From NCBI GenBank assembly GCA_902635455.1, contig CACPNW010000001.1, positions 5,214-69,213 of the forward strand: a stretch of DNA of 64,000 nt. The letters run 5' to 3'. A program made the translations under genes and the position numbers. Every line of letters begins with the position of its first letter. Within the stretch, counting starts at the first letter, position 1. Shown here one piece after another: positions 22,442 through 33,288 of this stretch. The DNA comes from an uncultured Alphaproteobacteria bacterium. Lineage in GTDB: Bacteria; Pseudomonadota; Alphaproteobacteria; HIMB59; GCA-002718135. Under the pieces are notes generated by a model that was not told the origin of the DNA, searched no databases, and saw only the letters and a program-made list of their open reading frames with translations.

Positions 22442-23434
22442 ATGAATAATTTTTATGGATTTAATAATGAGAAAAAATATTTGATTGATAATTTTAAAAA
22501 CTATTCACTTTCAAATTCTATTATTTTGCATGGTGAAAAAGGTATAGGTAAGCAAACTTTTGTATTTAACTTAATAAAAGAATTTATTTCTTTTTCAGTA
22601 AAAGGTAGCAATTTATCTCATCACTTTAATTTAATTAATAATAATTCACATCCTAATATTAGATATTTATGTAGAGATTATGATACGAAAACTAACAAAG
22701 AAAAAAAATTTATCAGTATTGATCAGATTAGAAAATTACATAATTTTTTTTATGAATCTTCATTAGATGGTTTAAATAAATTCATAGTTATTGATAGCGC
22801 TGATGATTTGAATCATAGTTCTGCTAATAGTTTGTTAAAATTGTTGGAGGAACCTAAAAAAAATATATTTATCTTTTTAATATCCCATCAATTTTCATCA
22901 ATTTTATCTACGATTAGATCTAGATGTTTGAAGATTAGATTTCACAAGCATGATTTCGCAACCTTTAGCAAAATAATTACTGAAAAATTAGAGGATATTG
23001 AAGATGATATGATTAAATTTTTATTTGATATTTCAAATGGATCTCCGGGTATTGCTCTGGAATTACAAAATTATGAAATTTTAGAATTTTATAATGAAAT
23101 TTTAATTTTTTTAGTAAATAATAAAAGTATTACTAAAAACCAATTTGAATTTTCAAATAAATTTTCAAAATTTGATAATGATAAATTTAAAATATTTTTA
23201 TCGTTATTAAAATTTGTTCTTATAAATTTATATAAAATTAAACTTGGTATTAATTTAAAAGATCAATATCTTTATGATAATTACTTAAATTTAGTAAAGA
23301 GTTCTGATAATATTTCTCAAAATACTATTTTTAATAGTCTTGAGTACTTGATTATAAATGAAAATGATTTATTCGCTTATAATCTTGATAAAAAATTATT
23401 TCTTTTAAATTTTTTTGCTCAAGTAGATAATTAA
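22442..23434 (+). CDS. holB: DNA polymerase III subunit delta prime
   Basis: AAA+ clamp-loader pattern (GEKGIGKQT, LLKLLEEP, SRC motif IRSRCLK) in the conserved tmk-holB-metG order. Confidence 0.8.
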   Translation: MNNFYGFNNEKKYLIDNFKNYSLSNSIILHGEKGIGKQTFVFNLIKEFISFSVKGSNLSHHFNLINNNSHPNIRYLCRDYDTKTNKEKKFISIDQIRKLHNFFYESSLDGLNKFIVIDSADDLNHSSANSLLKLLEEPKKNIFIFLISHQFSSILSTIRSRCLKIRFHKHDFATFSKIITEKLEDIEDDMIKFLFDISNGSPGIALELQNYEILEFYNEILIFLVNNKSITKNQFEFSNKFSKFDNDKFKIFLSLLKFVLINLYKIKLGINLKDQYLYDNYLNLVKSSDNISQNTIFNSLEYLIINENDLFAYNLDKKLFLLNFFAQVDN

Positions 23435-23435
23435 G

Positions 23436-24956
23436 ATGACAACTTTTTATGTTACTACTCCTATTTATTATGTAAATGATAAACCTCATATAGGTCATGC
23501 ATATACAACCATTGCTTGTGATATTCTTTCTAGATATCATAAGTTAAAAGGTCATGATGTTTATTTTTTAACAGGCACAGACGAACACGGCCAAAAAGTA
23601 GAAAAGGCTGCTAAAGAATCTTCTTTAGATACAAAAGATTTTGTAAATAAAATGTCAGAAAATTTTAAAAATTTAATTTCATTTTTAGGTTGTGACATTG
23701 ATGATTTTATTAGAACAACAGAAATACGACATATAGAAGCAGCACAACACTTGTGGAACAAACTTAATGATAATAAACAAATTTATTTATCAAATTATGA
23801 AGGGTGGTATTCAGTTAGAGATGAAGCTTTTTATTCAGAGTCAGAATTAATTAAAAAAGATAATTCTTTTTTTACTGATAGCGGATCTCCAGTTGAATGG
23901 CTTAAAGAAGAAAGTTATTTTTTTAAATTATCTTTATGGGAAGAAAAATTATTAGATTTTTATGAAAAATATCCAGAATCTATACAACCTAAAACACGTT
24001 ATAATGAAGTTATTAGCTTTATAAAAAGTGGTTTAAAAGATTTATCCATTTCTAGAACTACTTTTAAATGGGGAATTCCTGTTCCAAATAATTCAAATCA
24101 CGTAATGTATGTATGGATTGATGCTTTGTGCAATTACCTGACTTCTATTGGCTATCCTGATGTCTATGATAGTAAATTTGTAAAATATTGGCCTGCAACT
24201 CATATAGTTGGTAAAGATATTCTAAGATTTCATGCAATATATTGGCCTGCTTTTCTTATGGCTGCAGATATTGAGCCTCCTAAAAAAATATTTGCACATG
24301 GCTGGTGGACTAATGAAGGGCAAAAAATTTCTAAATCTATAGGTAATGTAATTGATCCCTATGATATAATTAATAAATACGGACTTGATCAAATTCGCTT
24401 TTTCTTATTCCGTGAAGTTCCTTTTGGAAATGATGGTGATTTTTCAAAAAATGCAATAGCAAATCGTATAAATGCAGACCTTTCTAATAATTATGGTAAT
24501 TTAGTCCAACGTATTTGTTTGTTTGCAGTTAAAAACTGTAATTCTCTAGTTGATGTCTCTAAAAAATATACTGATTCAGATAATGAATTATTAAAATTTT
24601 GTGAATTTAACTTTTCAAATTATTCGAATTATATGGAATCTCAGCAAATTGATAAAGCATTAAAAAGTATATTTGAAATATTATCTAAAACTAATTCATA
24701 TGTTGATGAACAAGCTCCATGGGAATTAAAGAAAACTAATGCCAATAGAATGAATGATGTATTATTTATAACTCTTAACATTATAAAATTTACTTCTTTG
24801 ATGTTACTCCCAATTATTCCAAAGAGTGCAAATAAAGCTTTAGATATACTTAATATTAATTTAAATGAAAGAAATTTTAGTTTTATGAATATTAAAAATC
24901 AAAATAAATTTCAAATTTTAAATCCAAAACCTATATTTCCTCGAATTGATAAGTGA
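23436..24956 (+). CDS. metG: methionine--tRNA ligase
   Basis: HIGH (PHIGHAY) and KMSKS-type (KISKS) class I motifs. 506 aa, the short form. Confidence 0.95.
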   Translation: MTTFYVTTPIYYVNDKPHIGHAYTTIACDILSRYHKLKGHDVYFLTGTDEHGQKVEKAAKESSLDTKDFVNKMSENFKNLISFLGCDIDDFIRTTEIRHIEAAQHLWNKLNDNKQIYLSNYEGWYSVRDEAFYSESELIKKDNSFFTDSGSPVEWLKEESYFFKLSLWEEKLLDFYEKYPESIQPKTRYNEVISFIKSGLKDLSISRTTFKWGIPVPNNSNHVMYVWIDALCNYLTSIGYPDVYDSKFVKYWPATHIVGKDILRFHAIYWPAFLMAADIEPPKKIFAHGWWTNEGQKISKSIGNVIDPYDIINKYGLDQIRFFLFREVPFGNDGDFSKNAIANRINADLSNNYGNLVQRICLFAVKNCNSLVDVSKKYTDSDNELLKFCEFNFSNYSNYMESQQIDKALKSIFEILSKTNSYVDEQAPWELKKTNANRMNDVLFITLNIIKFTSLMLLPIIPKSANKALDILNINLNERNFSFMNIKNQNKFQILNPKPIFPRIDK

Positions 24957-25741
24957 TAGATTCTCATTGTCATTTAAATTTCCCATCGATAAAACAAAAT
25001 ATTAATGAAATAATTATTAATTCTCAAAAAAATAAAATTAATACAATTTTATCAATAAATACTAATCCTGATGAATTTGATGATCATTTAAATTTAATTA
25101 ATAATTATGAATTTGTTTACATATCTTATGGTTTGCATCCAGAAAATGTTAAGGACAAAATTAAATTTGAAGTTGAACAAATACTTTTAAATTGCCAAAA
25201 TAGAAAAGTTATTGGTATTGGTGAAACTGGTCTGGATTTTTATCATTCAACTGAATTTAAAAAAAAACAATATGAAATTTTTGAAAATCATATCGAAGCA
25301 TCAATAACTAGTAAATTGCCCTTAATTATTCACCAAAGAAATTCAGAAAACGAAATCATAGAAGTAATTAAATCATATTTAAATTCATATGATTTATCTA
25401 TAGTTTTTCATTGTTTTACAGGATCAAAAAAGCTTTTTGATTTTTGTATGGATAACAATTTTTATATTTCTTTATCTGGTATTATTACTTTTAAAAATGC
25501 TAATGAATTGAGAAATACTGTAAAAGAACTTAATAAAGATTTTTTATTAATTGAAACTGACAGTCCTTTTTTAGCCCCTGTACCTTTAAGAGGAAAATCA
25601 AACGAACCATCATATATTAAGCACATATATGAATATTTATCTCTTTTTTATGATATTTCTTTAGATGATTTAATTAAAATAACAGATAATAATTTTTACA
25701 AATTGTTTTCCAAAGCAAAAAGATATAGTGACTTTGAATGA
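24953..25741 (+). CDS. tatD: TatD-family metal-dependent hydrolase
   Basis: GTG start, N-terminal DSHCH, GETGLD and a C-terminal ETDSPFL motif. Confidence 0.9.
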   Translation: MIDSHCHLNFPSIKQNINEIIINSQKNKINTILSINTNPDEFDDHLNLINNYEFVYISYGLHPENVKDKIKFEVEQILLNCQNRKVIGIGETGLDFYHSTEFKKKQYEIFENHIEASITSKLPLIIHQRNSENEIIEVIKSYLNSYDLSIVFHCFTGSKKLFDFCMDNNFYISLSGIITFKNANELRNTVKELNKDFLLIETDSPFLAPVPLRGKSNEPSYIKHIYEYLSLFYDISLDDLIKITDNNFYKLFSKAKRYSDFE

Positions 25742-26490
25742 AGATAAGAATGCTAGGATGTGGAGGTTCATTTGGATCACCTTTGGCTTGGAATAGAAAT
25801 GGCAATATTGATATAAATAATAATAATAATTTTAGAACAAGATCTTCAATTCTAATTAATACTGATAATACTAATATACTGATCGATACAAGTCCTGATT
25901 TGAGACAACAACTATATAAAGCACAGTGCACAAGAATAGATGCAGTATTGTTTACTCACATCCACTCTGATCATACTGCTGGTCTCCCTGATATGAGAGC
26001 TATGTCTCTTATTAATGATAAAATAATACCAGCTTATATGCCTGACAATATGAAAAATGATATTTTATCACATTATAAATTTATTTTTAAAGGTGATAAA
26101 GATTATAAGCCGTTTATGAAAATTTGTAGTTTAAATAATTTTTTTTCAATTAATAATATTAAAATAGAAACTTTTAAACATAATCATGGATCTATTGATG
26201 TACAAACCTATAAAATTAATAATTTTGCTTATTCAACAGATTTAAAGAAATTTTATAACAATGATTTAGATAAGCTTAAAAATTTAGATTTATGGATTGT
26301 AGGACTCTTAAGAGATGAACCTCATCCTTCGCATGCTGGATTTGATCAAATTATGGAATATATTAATTACATTAAACCCAAAAAAACTATTTTCACCCAT
26401 ATGACAGCTTTATTAGATGAAAAAAAATTAAGTTCCAAAATACCTAAAAACATAATTGTTGGTTATGATGGATTTGAAATTAACATATGA
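25738..26490 (+). CDS. MBL-fold metallo-hydrolase (PhnP/PqqB-like)
   Basis: THIHSDH metallo-beta-lactamase signature. 250 aa. Confidence 0.75.
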   Translation: MKIRMLGCGGSFGSPLAWNRNGNIDINNNNNFRTRSSILINTDNTNILIDTSPDLRQQLYKAQCTRIDAVLFTHIHSDHTAGLPDMRAMSLINDKIIPAYMPDNMKNDILSHYKFIFKGDKDYKPFMKICSLNNFFSINNIKIETFKHNHGSIDVQTYKINNFAYSTDLKKFYNNDLDKLKNLDLWIVGLLRDEPHPSHAGFDQIMEYINYIKPKKTIFTHMTALLDEKKLSSKIPKNIIVGYDGFEINI

Positions 26491-27434
26491 AAGATAAGAA
26501 TATTGGCTTTATTGGTTTGGGCAATTTAGGCTCAAGAGTAGCCAATAATATTTTAAAAAGTGGTTTTAATTTATTTATTAATGATCTTGATAAAAAAAAA
26601 TCAAATAAATTAATTAAATCAGGGGCTATATGGTGCTCATCTTTACATGAACTTTCTTCTAAGACTACAATTATTATAACGTGTCTGCCTTCACCAGAAT
26701 CTGTTAACAAAGTTTTAAATAATTTACTTCCTCATCTTAATAAAAATCATTTATGGGTAGAAATGAGTACTACCGATGAATCTGAAATGATTAGATTAGC
26801 AAATTTATGTAGTGAAAAAAATATTCAAACTTTAGAGGCACCTCTAACCGGTGGTCAACATAAAGCAGAATCTGGAAATATATCAATTTTAGTTGGAGGG
26901 TTAAGAAAAAATTTTGATAGAGCTTTCCCCATTTTATCTTCTATTGGTCATAAAATTTTATATTGTGGAATCTTGGGAAGTGCATCGACTTTAAAAGTAG
27001 TAACAAATTATTTAGCTTCAATAAATTTATTAGCTCTTGGAGAAGCATTAATGGTTTGTAAAAAATATGGATTAGACTTAGCAACATCATATCATGGTAT
27101 TAAAATAAGTTCAGGCAATAGTTTTGTTCATGAAACTGAGTCTCAAGTTATTTTAAATGGATCATATGATGTTGGTTTTACAATGGATTTAGTTTGCAAA
27201 GATGTGGGTTTATTTGATAAATTAACTGATAAATTTAATATTCCAGCAGATATAAGTAAATTGATGAAAAAAATATTTGATGAAGGTAAACATAAGTATG
27301 GAGATCGTTCTTTAAGTACCAGTATTGTCAAAAGAATTGAAGATTATTGTGAATTATCACTAAGGGCATCCGGTTTTCCACGTACATTATTAGATACTGA
27401 TAAGAAAAAGAAAGGTATTGAAATTAAGTTTTAA
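26487..27434 (+). CDS. NAD(P)-dependent oxidoreductase, 3-hydroxyisobutyrate dehydrogenase family
   Basis: N-terminal Rossmann GFIGLGNLG and a GSASTLKVVTN-type catalytic region. Confidence 0.8.
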   Translation: MKDKNIGFIGLGNLGSRVANNILKSGFNLFINDLDKKKSNKLIKSGAIWCSSLHELSSKTTIIITCLPSPESVNKVLNNLLPHLNKNHLWVEMSTTDESEMIRLANLCSEKNIQTLEAPLTGGQHKAESGNISILVGGLRKNFDRAFPILSSIGHKILYCGILGSASTLKVVTNYLASINLLALGEALMVCKKYGLDLATSYHGIKISSGNSFVHETESQVILNGSYDVGFTMDLVCKDVGLFDKLTDKFNIPADISKLMKKIFDEGKHKYGDRSLSTSIVKRIEDYCELSLRASGFPRTLLDTDKKKKGIEIKF

Positions 27435-27439
27435 TTTAT

Positions 27440-28390
27440 ATGAATATTGATACAATTACCCCAGAGGACGATCCTCGCAATCCTTCTTATAATTACAAAA
27501 ATATTATTATGGATCATGTAGAAAATACAGATTTATTTAATAGTTATATAAAAAGTAATTCATTAAAACAAGATTTTAAAGGTACGATATGGGGTGAAGG
27601 GCCTTGTTATATTCCTCATAAAAAAATGTTAATATGGAGCGATATTCCAAATAATAGGATGTTAAAATTAATTGATGGCAATGTATCAGAATTTTTAAAT
27701 CCTTCAAATTTTTCTAATGGAAACACATTAGACAATAATAGTAATTTAATTTCTTGTTCTCATGGTGGTAGGTGCGTTCATAAAATTGATGATGATTTAA
27801 ATATAGTCACTTTAGTAAGTGAATATAGTGGTAAAAAATTAAATTCTCCAAATGATGTATGCGTAAAATCTGATAATACCATTTGGTTTACAGACCCACC
27901 ATATGGAATACTATCAGATTATGAAGGTTATCCTGGTAAACAAGAATATGGAGGAAATTACGTTTTTAAGTATGATCCGGATAATAATAATTTAGAAATA
28001 GTAACTAAAGAATTAAATAGACCAAATGGCATAACTTTTTCAAGTAATGAAAAAAAACTATATGTTTCTGATACTGGAGAAGGGATAAAACATTTATATG
28101 TTTTTGATATTGATGAGAAAAATAATATTTATAACAAAAAATTAGTTTACGATTTTAAACCTTATTTTTCAGATGGTTTTAGATCTGACATAGATGGTAA
28201 TATTTGGACAAGTGCAGGCAAGGCTATAAAATGCTTTAACAAGGACAATGAATTAATTGGGCAAATTTTAGTACCTGAATTAGTTTCTAATTTAGAATTT
28301 GGAGGAGTAGAAGGTAATATATTGTATATTACTGCTACTAGCTCACTTTATTCTCTAGAATTAAATCAAATTGGGGCAAAGTATAAATGA
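27440..28390 (+). CDS. SMP-30/gluconolactonase/LRE-family protein
   Basis: Six-blade propeller pattern (EGPCY, NDV..D..G.IWFTDP, PNGI.FS, LYV.DT). Confidence 0.8.
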   Translation: MNIDTITPEDDPRNPSYNYKNIIMDHVENTDLFNSYIKSNSLKQDFKGTIWGEGPCYIPHKKMLIWSDIPNNRMLKLIDGNVSEFLNPSNFSNGNTLDNNSNLISCSHGGRCVHKIDDDLNIVTLVSEYSGKKLNSPNDVCVKSDNTIWFTDPPYGILSDYEGYPGKQEYGGNYVFKYDPDNNNLEIVTKELNRPNGITFSSNEKKLYVSDTGEGIKHLYVFDIDEKNNIYNKKLVYDFKPYFSDGFRSDIDGNIWTSAGKAIKCFNKDNELIGQILVPELVSNLEFGGVEGNILYITATSSLYSLELNQIGAKYK

Positions 28391-28731
28391 GTGAAAAATT
28401 AGATTCTAAAAAATGTGAACCTTGTACAGGTAATACACCTAAACTTAATCAAGTTGAAATAACTAAATATTTATCTGAACTAGATGATTGGACTGTAAAC
28501 AATGAACAAGAAATGATTTTTAAAAAATATAAATTTAAATCTTTTAAACAAGCCTTAAATTTTACTAATATAATTGGTGAATTAGCAGAATCAGAAGGTC
28601 ATCATCCTGATATTTCTTTAGGTTGGGGATATGTCTTAGTAATGCTTCATACACACGCTATAAAAGGTTTATCATTAAACGATTTTGTTTTAGCTTCTAA
28701 AATTGATATTTTGAATAATTCTAAAAATTAA
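28387..28731 (+). CDS. 4a-hydroxytetrahydrobiopterin dehydratase-like protein
   Basis: 114 aa with the EGHHPD active-site motif. Confidence 0.85.
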   Translation: MSEKLDSKKCEPCTGNTPKLNQVEITKYLSELDDWTVNNEQEMIFKKYKFKSFKQALNFTNIIGELAESEGHHPDISLGWGYVLVMLHTHAIKGLSLNDFVLASKIDILNNSKN

Positions 28732-30158
28732 GTTCCACAAAATGTTTCATGAACAATTTCATTTGTTTTTGGCATTTTTTTAAATTTTTCTGGTATTTCT
28801 TTACTGTAAGGTTTTTTTATAATTTCTAAAAAATAATTTAAATTTTTATAATTTTTATTTTCTGCTTCATTTAGTAATTTTTCAATAATATGATTTCTTG
28901 GAATAATTTCCGGATTATTTTGATTTATTAAATCTGATAAGAATTCTTTACTTGATTTTTCTAGTAATTTTCTTTCTTTGTATTTTTTGATCCAATTATC
29001 CAAACATTCATGCTTGTTTAAAGTGTCGTATTTAAATTTTAAAAAAGTGTTTGTATAATCTAATTTAAAAACATGCATTATATTTAATAATTCTTTAATT
29101 AAGTCTAAATCTTTAGTATTTTCATCAAATAATCCTATTTTAGATTTCATCATTTTAAGCCATTTTTTTTGATAAATAATTTGAAATTTAGCTAAAATAT
29201 TTTCTGCTTTTTTTATTGCTAATTTTTGATCCTTATTAATTAAAAAAAGAACTGTTTCAGCTAAACGAGCAATGTTCCATAGTAAAATTCTTGGTTGGTT
29301 TTCATAACTATATCTACCATTATGATCAATGGAACTAAAAACAGTTTTTGGATTATAATTGTCCATAAAAGCACATGGGCCATAATCAATAGTTTCTCCA
29401 ACTATTGATGAATTATCAGTGTTTAATACTCCGTGTATGAAACCAATTCTCATCCAATTAATTACCAATTCAATTTGTTTATCCATCACTTTTATTAAAA
29501 AATTTTCAATTTTATTCTGGTTGTCTTTTATTTCAGGAAAATGCCTGTTTATTGTATATTCAGTTAAATCCTTAATATAATCAGTGTTTTCATATAAATT
29601 TGCAAATTGAAAAGTTCCGATTCTAATATGACTTTCAGCAACTCTTGTTAATATTGCTCCATGCAATGATTTGTCCCTATAAATTTTCTCTCCAGTTAAG
29701 ACCACTGATAAAGATCGTGTAGTAGGAACATCTAAATAATGCATTGATTCACTTATTAAATATTCGCGTAGCATTGGTCCTAAAGCTGCTTTTCCGTCAC
29801 CATTTCGTGAATATGGAGTTTTACCAGAACCTTTTAGCTGGATATCGTATCTTTTATTTTCATTATTTATGTGCTCACCAAGTAACAGAGCTCTACCATC
29901 TCCTAAAATTGTAAAATGACCAAATTGATGACCAGCATAAGCTTGAGAAAAAAAATTATAATTTGAATCTTTTTGTCCTGATAAAATAAGTGCTAATTGA
30001 TCATTGCTTAAATTTCTGACATCAAGGTTTAATTTTTTTCCTAGTGTTTCATTGTATAATAATAATTGTGGATTATCATATTTTTCAGCATTTACTAAAC
30101 TATAAAAGATATTAGGTAATTTCAAATATGAATTATCAAAGTTCCAATTTAATAGCAT
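28728..30158 (-). CDS. selO: protein adenylyltransferase SelO (YdiU/UPF0061)
   Basis: 476 aa with AGHQFG, LKGSGKTPYSR and HGVLNTDN motifs characteristic of SelO pseudokinases. Confidence 0.9.
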   Translation of the reverse strand: MLLNWNFDNSYLKLPNIFYSLVNAEKYDNPQLLLYNETLGKKLNLDVRNLSNDQLALILSGQKDSNYNFFSQAYAGHQFGHFTILGDGRALLLGEHINNENKRYDIQLKGSGKTPYSRNGDGKAALGPMLREYLISESMHYLDVPTTRSLSVVLTGEKIYRDKSLHGAILTRVAESHIRIGTFQFANLYENTDYIKDLTEYTINRHFPEIKDNQNKIENFLIKVMDKQIELVINWMRIGFIHGVLNTDNSSIVGETIDYGPCAFMDNYNPKTVFSSIDHNGRYSYENQPRILLWNIARLAETVLFLINKDQKLAIKKAENILAKFQIIYQKKWLKMMKSKIGLFDENTKDLDLIKELLNIMHVFKLDYTNTFLKFKYDTLNKHECLDNWIKKYKERKLLEKSSKEFLSDLINQNNPEIIPRNHIIEKLLNEAENKNYKNLNYFLEIIKKPYSKEIPEKFKKMPKTNEIVHETFCGT

Positions 30159-30224
30159 ATGTTTATTATATTAAAAAAACTATATTTATAATATAGTTAA
30201 TTATAACAATTAAAGGTAAAGAAA

Positions 30225-31007
30225 TTGTCAAAAAATATTGAAATTATTGTTAATTATAAAAAACATCCACTTAGTGATTACAAATATCAGTTAAAATGTG
30301 AAAATATTTTAAAAAATAAATCTGTTTTAATTTTAAAAAACTTTTTAAATCGAGACGCATTAATTCAAATTCAAAATGAAGCCTTATCTCTTCAGAATAA
30401 AGCTTTTTATTGTAAACAAAATCACACAATTTTATTAAATAAAAAAGATAAAAAAAAAGATATTAATGACCCTTTGAATATTGAAGTTATTAGTGATAAA
30501 GGATGTGTGCCTCATGATTTAATTTTACAAAATTCTTATTTAAATACACTATATAAATCCATAGATTTTAAGAAATTTCTAATTAAAGTTTTAAACGTAA
30601 AAAATATCTATCCTTATAAAGATAAATTATCTTCAATAAATTATAATTATTATCAATTTAAACAACAATTAGGTTGGCATTTTGATAACGCTTCATTTGC
30701 TATAACCTTATTAATACAATCTCCTGAAAAGGGAGGCATATTTGAATATATTAATGAAGGAAGAGATTATAAAAATAACTATATAAATAAACGATTTATT
30801 AAAGATGTTTTAAAAAATAAAGTTAAAACTAAAAATATTAAAGCTAATGAAGGTACTTTAATTCTTTTCTTTGGTAGGAATTATTTACATAGAGTTACAA
30901 AAGTTGAATCTTTAAAACCAAGAATTCTTGTTACGCTAAATTATAATGAAGAAAAAAACATTGAATTATCTGAAAATGCTAGACTAACTTTTTTTGGTAG
31001 GAAATAA
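30225..31007 (+). CDS. 2OG-Fe(II) oxygenase-superfamily protein
   Basis: TTG start. Facial triad candidates are WHFDN (HxD), a distal His in YLHRV and an Arg in PRILVTLNY. Confidence 0.55.
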   Translation: MSKNIEIIVNYKKHPLSDYKYQLKCENILKNKSVLILKNFLNRDALIQIQNEALSLQNKAFYCKQNHTILLNKKDKKKDINDPLNIEVISDKGCVPHDLILQNSYLNTLYKSIDFKKFLIKVLNVKNIYPYKDKLSSINYNYYQFKQQLGWHFDNASFAITLLIQSPEKGGIFEYINEGRDYKNNYINKRFIKDVLKNKVKTKNIKANEGTLILFFGRNYLHRVTKVESLKPRILVTLNYNEEKNIELSENARLTFFGRK

Positions 31008-31015
31008 ATTTTAAT

Positions 31016-31816
31016 TTAATTATCATAATTGTAAAAAAATAATTGAGTTTCATTTTTTTTAAAATTATTTACAATATTTTCTGCTTCTTCACTAATAATC
31101 CATTGTATATATTTTTTAGCATTTTCAACATTTAGTTTATTATTAATTTCAGGATTGACTAATATAATTGAATATTGATTAAATAAAGGAGGCTGATTTT
31201 GACAAATGATTTTTAAATTTTTTTTATTTTCAAATGATATCCAAGTACTTCTATCAGAGATAGTATAGGCATTTTTTTCATTGGTAAATAATAGTGTTTT
31301 TCCCATACCTTGACCTATCTTAACATACCAGTTATCAAAACTATTAGTTTCTAGTTCCATTGATTTCCAAATTTCTATCTCTTTTTTATTTGTCCCACTA
31401 TCATCATCTCTAGAAATAAATAATTTTTTATTATCGTAAATAAATTGCATTTTTTTATTTATATTTGTGCATTTATAATTGTCATTTTTAGGTCCAATTA
31501 AAATATAATCGTTATACATTATTTCATATCTCTCAATTCCATAACCTTTATTCATAAACTCAATTTCTGAATCCTTATGATGTACTAATAATAATTCTAC
31601 ATTCCCATCTTTTGCAGTTCTAATAGCTTGTCCTGTCCCTAATGATAGAACATGTACATCAATATTAAATTTTTCTATAAATTTTTTATTTAATTCATTT
31701 AATAGACCAGTATCGTTAGTAGAAGTTGTACTTGCAATTAATATTCTATTTTCTTTTGCAAAAATTTTAATTGGTATAACAAATAATAAAATAATTATAA
31801 AAAATTTTATTTTCAT
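31016..31816 (-). CDS. periplasmic oxyanion-binding protein, TupA (tungstate-binding)-like
   Basis: Signal peptide, then IASTTSTNDTGLL, LGTGQA and MYNDYILIGP segments resembling tungstate/molybdate-type PBPs. No permease or ATPase is adjacent. Confidence 0.65.
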   Translation of the reverse strand: MKIKFFIIILLFVIPIKIFAKENRILIASTTSTNDTGLLNELNKKFIEKFNIDVHVLSLGTGQAIRTAKDGNVELLLVHHKDSEIEFMNKGYGIERYEIMYNDYILIGPKNDNYKCTNINKKMQFIYDNKKLFISRDDDSGTNKKEIEIWKSMELETNSFDNWYVKIGQGMGKTLLFTNEKNAYTISDRSTWISFENKKNLKIICQNQPPLFNQYSIILVNPEINNKLNVENAKKYIQWIISEEAENIVNNFKKNETQLFFYNYDN

Positions 31817-31828
31817 AAAATAAATAAA

Positions 31829-32179
31829 TTAAAATGAAATTCCATATTTTTTAAGTATATTTACAAATATATAGTAACCAATAGAAGTGCAAATTACAGA
31901 GACTAATAAAGAAACTGTAAAATTAATTTTTAATTTTAACATAATTGGTAATGTAATAAAAAATATAAAGGAGGGAATGACCATAATTATAGTATTAAAT
32001 GAAAGATCTATAATTTTTTGAATATTTTTTGTGTCCCAGTATATCCATATAAATGCTAAGATTGAAGTCAAAGGTAATGAAATGAGCAATGCAGCTAATA
32101 ACGAAGATTTTTTGGCAATTTCTGTAACTGTAATAATTACAACTACAGTTAATAATGTTTTTATAAACAAATAAGTCAT
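31829..32179 (-). CDS. small 4-TM membrane protein (DUF3147-like)
   Basis: 116 aa with four hydrophobic segments. The family assignment is from memory of similar small proteins. Confidence 0.45.
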   Translation of the reverse strand: MTYLFIKTLLTVVVIITVTEIAKKSSLLAALLISLPLTSILAFIWIYWDTKNIQKIIDLSFNTIIMVIPSFIFFITLPIMLKLKINFTVSLLVSVICTSIGYYIFVNILKKYGISF

Positions 32180-32316
32180 TAATTAATTTAAAAACATGTT
32201 TTATTGCTTTTTACAATTCTTCTAATTATTCATTAAAAAAATAATTAATAGAATCTATCATATGTATATAGAGTAATATCTTAAATTTAAAAATTTAATA
32301 TTTTAAACTTAACAAA

Positions 32317-33288
32317 ATGAAATATGATTACCTTGATAGAAACTTAGCTTTAGAAGCAGTTAGAGTTACAGAATTAGCAGCTTTATCAAGTTCAATGCAT
32401 ATGGGTAGAGGAAATGAAAAATCTGCTGATCAAGCTGCAGTAAATGCAATGAGGCAATTTTTAAATAATTTGTCAATTTCAGGCACAGTAGTTATAGGAG
32501 AGGGTGAAAGGGATGAGGCTCCAATGCTTTATATAGGTGAAAAAGTTGGTAAGGGAGGGCCAAAAATTGATATTGCACTTGATCCACTTGAAGGCACAAC
32601 CATAACAGCAGAAGGAGGTGAAAATGCTTTATCTGTATTAGCTATGGGTGAAGAGGGGAGTTTCTTACATTGTCCTGATATATACATGCAAAAAATTGCT
32701 TATGGAAAAAATTATGAAGATTTATCAATTGATCCAAATGAACCTTCAGCAGATATTGTTAGAAAATTTTCTAAATATTCAAATATCAGTATAGAAAATG
32801 TTGTTGTATGCATTTTAGATAGACCTAGACATAGAGAATTAATTAAAAATGTTAGATCAACAGGTGCTAGAATTAAACTTATCCCAGATGGAGATGTAAG
32901 CGCTGTGATAGCCACTTCTATTGAAGATAGTGGAATAGATATTTATATGGGTACTGGAGGTTCACCAGAAGGTGTTTTAGGAGCGGCTGCCTTAAGATGT
33001 TTGGGAGGCAAAATTTATACTAAATTAGTTTTTGATAATGATGAATCATTAGAGAGATCTAAAGATATGGGAATTAAAGATAAAGATTTTATATATCAAA
33101 CAAACGATTTGGCAAAAGGGGATGTCATGTTTTCGGCAACTGGTGTTACTGATGGAACAATGCTTAAAGGTGTTTATTTTAAAAGAAATTTTGCAACTAC
33201 TCATTCAGTAGTTATGCGTTCAAAAACCAGTACTGTAAGATATATAAAAGCAAATCATAATTTAAGTAAAAAATCAATTATCCAGTGA
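32317..33288 (+). CDS. glpX: class II fructose-1,6-bisphosphatase
   Basis: 323 aa with AVNAM, DPLEGT and the GlpX-typical C-terminal region. Confidence 0.93.
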   Translation: MKYDYLDRNLALEAVRVTELAALSSSMHMGRGNEKSADQAAVNAMRQFLNNLSISGTVVIGEGERDEAPMLYIGEKVGKGGPKIDIALDPLEGTTITAEGGENALSVLAMGEEGSFLHCPDIYMQKIAYGKNYEDLSIDPNEPSADIVRKFSKYSNISIENVVVCILDRPRHRELIKNVRSTGARIKLIPDGDVSAVIATSIEDSGIDIYMGTGGSPEGVLGAAALRCLGGKIYTKLVFDNDESLERSKDMGIKDKDFIYQTNDLAKGDVMFSATGVTDGTMLKGVYFKRNFATTHSVVMRSKTSTVRYIKANHNLSKKSIIQ

